Source: Mycolicibacterium smegmatis
GTDB taxonomy: Bacteria; Actinomycetota; Actinomycetes; Mycobacteriales; Mycobacteriaceae
Assembly: GCF_001457595.1 (NCBI RefSeq)
Contig: NZ_LN831039.1
Span: 1,560,001-1,592,000, forward strand
Direction: 5' to 3'
Length of the DNA stretch: 32,000 nucleotides
Shown one piece after another: positions 28,994 through 32,000 of this stretch. A program made the position numbers and the translations under genes. Numbering within the stretch: position 1 is the first letter of the stretch; every line of letters starts with the position of its first letter. The notes under the pieces are model-generated. The model worked only from the letters and a program-made list of their open reading frames with translations, searched no databases and was not told the origin of the DNA.

Positions 28994-30495
28994 GCGCGAT
29001 CCTCCGGATGCCCTGTCATGACATCGTCCTCACCAGCGGCCGCACCTGGGATGTACCCGTCGCCGCCGTCGTTGAGCGCACTGTGGCGTCGGCCCCACAG
29101 CAGGTAGAACAGCAGCACCGCACCGACCCACACGCTGAACCACAACCACGTGACCGCCGGCAGTCCGTACAACACGAACAGACACGCAATGATCGAAAGG
29201 ACCGGCGTCACCGGATAACCCGGCACCTTGAACGAGCGCGGCAGGTCCGGTTCGCGCACCCGCAGAAGCACCACGCCCGCCGACACCACGATGAACGCCA
29301 CCAGGGTTCCGATCGACACCAGATCCCACAGGTAGTCCAGCGGCACGAAGCCCGCGAGTGTGCCAGTCACCAGCGCCACCACGATGGTGTTGTTGATCGG
29401 GGTCATGGTGTGCGAGTTCACCCTTGCGAACATCGACGGCAGCAGACCGTCGCGGCCCATCGCGAACAGGATGCGCGTCTGGCCGTACATCACCACCAGC
29501 GTCACCGAGAAGATCGAGATCACCGCGCCGAACGACAGGATCGTGCTGGCCCACGTCTGGCCGTGCAGGATGTTCGTGAGGATCACCGCCAGCCCGGCCT
29601 CGGACTGTTCCTCGGAACCGAACTCATCGGCCGACTGCGTGCCCAACCCGGCGAACGCCACCAGGATGTAGACCGACGCGACGACCACCAGCGCGCCGAG
29701 GATCGCGCGCGGCATGGTCTTCTGCGGGTTCTTCACTTCGTCGCCTGCCGTGGAGACCGCGTCCAGACCGATGAACGTGAAGAAGATCGAGCCCGCGGCG
29801 GCCGTGATGCCCGCGAAGCCCTTGTCCCAGAACCCGGCGAAGTGGTCGGTGGTGAACGCCGTGAACGCGACCGCGACGAACAACGCGAGCACCGCGAGCT
29901 TGATGATCACCATGATGGTGTTGACCAGCGCGGATTCGCTCGCTCCGCGGATCAGCAGCAATCCGCACATCACGATCAGCAGCGTGGCGGGCAGGTTCAT
30001 GATGCCGGGGTTCTCGCCCCACGGTGCCGACGTGAGCGCCTGCGGTATGCGGAAACCGAACACATCGTCGAGCAACTGGTTGAGGTAGCCGCCCCAGCCG
30101 ATCGAGGTCGCCGACATCGAGACGCCGTACTCCAGGAGCAGGCAGGCCGCCACACCCATTGCCACGAACTCGCCCATCGTGGTGTAGGCGTAGGAGTACG
30201 TCGACCCCGAAACCGGCACGGCCGAGGCCATCTCGGCGTAACACAGCGCCGACAGACCGGCCGCGACACCCGCCAGGACGAACGAGACGAGCACCGCCGG
30301 ACCGGCCTCCGGCACGGCTTCCTGCAGCACCAGGAATATGCCGGTGCCCACGGTCGCGCCGACGCCGAACAGCGTCAGCTGGAAGGTGCCGATACTTCGC
30401 TTGAGATGATCGGACGCACCGTGGGCGACCGGGGCGCCGATGACGGGCCGGCGTCGCATCATCTGACCGGCCATGCTGGTGGGCGGGGCTAACAT
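28990..30495 (-). CDS. rocE: Cationic amino acid permease, APC family (RocE-like, Rv2320c-like)
   Basis: 501 aa with about 12-13 TM helices. The N-terminal signature is LKRSIGTFQLTLFGVGATVGTGIFLV. AGGAGG lies 4 nt upstream of the ATG. Assignment rests on sequence type plus synteny with rocD. Confidence 0.85.
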   Translation of the reverse strand: MLAPPTSMAGQMMRRRPVIGAPVAHGASDHLKRSIGTFQLTLFGVGATVGTGIFLVLQEAVPEAGPAVLVSFVLAGVAAGLSALCYAEMASAVPVSGSTYSYAYTTMGEFVAMGVAACLLLEYGVSMSATSIGWGGYLNQLLDDVFGFRIPQALTSAPWGENPGIMNLPATLLIVMCGLLLIRGASESALVNTIMVIIKLAVLALFVAVAFTAFTTDHFAGFWDKGFAGITAAAGSIFFTFIGLDAVSTAGDEVKNPQKTMPRAILGALVVVASVYILVAFAGLGTQSADEFGSEEQSEAGLAVILTNILHGQTWASTILSFGAVISIFSVTLVVMYGQTRILFAMGRDGLLPSMFARVNSHTMTPINNTIVVALVTGTLAGFVPLDYLWDLVSIGTLVAFIVVSAGVVLLRVREPDLPRSFKVPGYPVTPVLSIIACLFVLYGLPAVTWLWFSVWVGAVLLFYLLWGRRHSALNDGGDGYIPGAAAGEDDVMTGHPEDRA

Positions 30496-30522
30496 GGTGC
30501 CTCCTAGGTGCCGATCAAGCGA

Positions 30523-31791
30523 TTATCGGCGCACCTCCGCCAGGGTGTCGGCGAATCGGTCAACCGCCCAATCGATCTCTTCGGACGTGACGACCAGCGG
30601 CGGGGCGAACCGCAGCGTCGAACCGTGTGTGTCCTTGACCAGGACGCCGCGCTCGGCGAGCGCCACGCTGAGTTCCTTGCCGGTGCCGAGCGCCGGATCG
30701 ATGTCCACCCCGGCCCACAGCCCCCGGCCCCGCACCGCGAGCACCCCGCGGCCGATCAGGTCCTGCAGGCGCGCGTGCAGGTGCGCACCGAGTTCGGTTG
30801 AGCGCTGCTGGAACTCACCACGCCTGAGCATGGCCACCACGGTGCTGCCGATCGCCGTGGCCAGCGGGTTGCCGCCGAACGTCGACCCGTGCTCACCGGG
30901 GTGCAACACGCCGAGCACGTCGCGGTCGGCGACCACGGCCGACAGCGGCACCACGCCGCCGCCGAGGGCCTTGCCCAGCAGATAGACGTCGGGCACCACG
31001 CCCCAGTGTTCGCACGCAAAGGTGCGGCCGGTGCGCGCCAGGCCGGACTGGATCTCGTCGGCGATCATCAGCACGTTGCGCTGCGTGCAGATCTCACGCA
31101 CCCGGGGCAGGAAGTCCGGCGGCGGCACGATGATGCCCGCCTCGCCCTGGATCGGTTCGAGGAGCACCGCGACCGTGTTGTCGTCGATGGCATCGGCCAC
31201 CGCGGCGGCGTCACCGAACGGCACGGACCGGAAACCGGGGGTGTACGGGCCGAACCCGCGGCGCGCGGTCTCGTCGTCGGAGAAGCTGATGATCGTGGTG
31301 GTGCGGCCGTGGAAGTTGTTGCGCGCCACCACGATGTTCGACTGGCCTGCTGCGACACCCTTGACGTCGGTGCCCCACTTGCGGGCCACCTTGATGCCGC
31401 TCTCGACGGCCTCGGCGCCGCTGTTCATCGGCAGGATCATGTCCTTGCCGCACAGTGTGGCCAGTGCTTGGGCGAACGGGCCGAGCTGATCGGAGTGGAA
31501 CGCGCGGCTCACCAGGGTCAGCCGGTCGAGCTGCGCGTGCGCGGTCGCGACGATCTCGGGATTGCGGTGCCCGAAGTTCACCGCCGAATAGGCGGCCAGG
31601 CAGTCCAGGTAGCGACGGCCTGTCACGTCGGTGATCCAGACACCCTCGGCGCTCGCCGCCACCACGGGAAGCGGCGAGTAGTTGTGCGCGACGTAGCGGT
31701 CGTCGAGTGCGATGGCCTCAGCGATGGAGGTGGCGGCCGCCCCGGCGTCGTGGGGGTCCAGGCCATGGTTCACGTTGTCCAGGATGGTCAT
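30523..31791 (-). CDS. rocD: Ornithine--oxo-acid aminotransferase
   Basis: The ORF is 30523..31815; I prefer ATG 31791 (MTILDN), which has GGAG upstream and overlaps the upstream gene stop (ATGA). It is a class-III aminotransferase with HNYSPLPVV, AYSAVNFGHRNP, LTLVSRAF and ADEIQSGLARTG. Confidence 0.93.
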   Translation of the reverse strand: MTILDNVNHGLDPHDAGAAATSIAEAIALDDRYVAHNYSPLPVVAASAEGVWITDVTGRRYLDCLAAYSAVNFGHRNPEIVATAHAQLDRLTLVSRAFHSDQLGPFAQALATLCGKDMILPMNSGAEAVESGIKVARKWGTDVKGVAAGQSNIVVARNNFHGRTTTIISFSDDETARRGFGPYTPGFRSVPFGDAAAVADAIDDNTVAVLLEPIQGEAGIIVPPPDFLPRVREICTQRNVLMIADEIQSGLARTGRTFACEHWGVVPDVYLLGKALGGGVVPLSAVVADRDVLGVLHPGEHGSTFGGNPLATAIGSTVVAMLRRGEFQQRSTELGAHLHARLQDLIGRGVLAVRGRGLWAGVDIDPALGTGKELSVALAERGVLVKDTHGSTLRFAPPLVVTSEEIDWAVDRFADTLAEVRR

Positions 31792-32000
31792 GGGTGCAGC
31801 TCCAATGTGCAGCATTTGACGGATCCGCCGCCTTTGAGGAGTTCGGTGAGGTCGACACCGATCGGTTCGAAGCCGGCGTGACGCAATTGCTCGGCGAAAC
31901 CCGTTGCCGCCGCCGGCATCACCACGTTCTTCCCGTCGGAAACCACGTTGAGACCGAGCACGTAGGCATCGGCGGTGGCCACCTCGATCGCGTCGGGGTA
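31788..32000 (-). CDS. Amidinotransferase/DDAH-superfamily protein, C-terminal 70 codons only (Rv2323c-like); the 5' end lies right of the window
   Basis: The frame is open to nt 32000. The C-terminus ...LLKGGGSVKCCTLELHP carries the conserved GGG..C catalytic-Cys tail of guanidino-group-modifying enzymes. It is translationally coupled to rocD. Confidence 0.7.
   Translation of the reverse strand, partial: YPDAIEVATADAYVLGLNVVSDGKNVVMPAAATGFAEQLRHAGFEPIGVDLTELLKGGGSVKCCTLELHP

Noticed and set aside
28930-31881. Plus-strand ORFs of 520 aa and 330 aa antisense to rocE and rocD.
   Set aside because: The products are extreme in R/D/H/G content with no motifs, whereas the minus-strand frames encode a complete APC permease and a class-III aminotransferase.

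Overview
The window is visibly high-GC (about two-thirds G+C by eye, not computed) and densely coding. It reads as core chromosome of a fast-growing Mycobacterium/Mycolicibacterium, M. smegmatis-like; that assignment rests on gene order, not on a search. From memory, gene order follows M. tuberculosis Rv0670-Rv0687: MmpL 3' end, endonuclease IV, a fadE8-echA4-PaaX-like-echA5 operon, DUF3060 lipoproteins (Rv0679c/Rv0680c-like), a TetR regulator (Rv0681-like), the str operon rpsL-rpsG-fusA-tuf, a Pro/Ala-rich membrane protein and a mycofactocin-type SDR (Rv0687-like). Genes not at this position in that order are a PAP2 protein, a cupin, a LysR/Fe-ADH pair, two DUF3558-like lipoproteins, a cutinase, a SHOCT protein and an nhaC-arcD-arcA operon. 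On the minus strand a usp-rocE-rocD-DDAH-like cluster (Rv2319c-Rv2323c-like) runs off the right edge. I found no tRNA or rRNA genes, CRISPR arrays, transposases, integrases, prophage genes or recognisable defence system. I therefore do not claim a novel multi-gene system. Points worth a second look: (1) nhaC and arcD, translationally coupled to each other, each carry an independent inactivating lesion (a frameshift and an in-frame TAA) while arcA downstream is intact. (2) A MIRU-like 30-nt tandem repeat between rocE and usp encodes a 21-codon relay ORF with ATGA overlaps at both ends. (3) A perfect KstR-type operator lies upstream of the mycofactocin-type SDR. (4) Arginine/ornithine catabolic genes that are dispersed in M. 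tuberculosis are co-located here, with no arcB or arcC in view. (5) Several intergenic structures may be regulatory. The many long ORFs antisense to clear genes are treated as high-GC artefacts.
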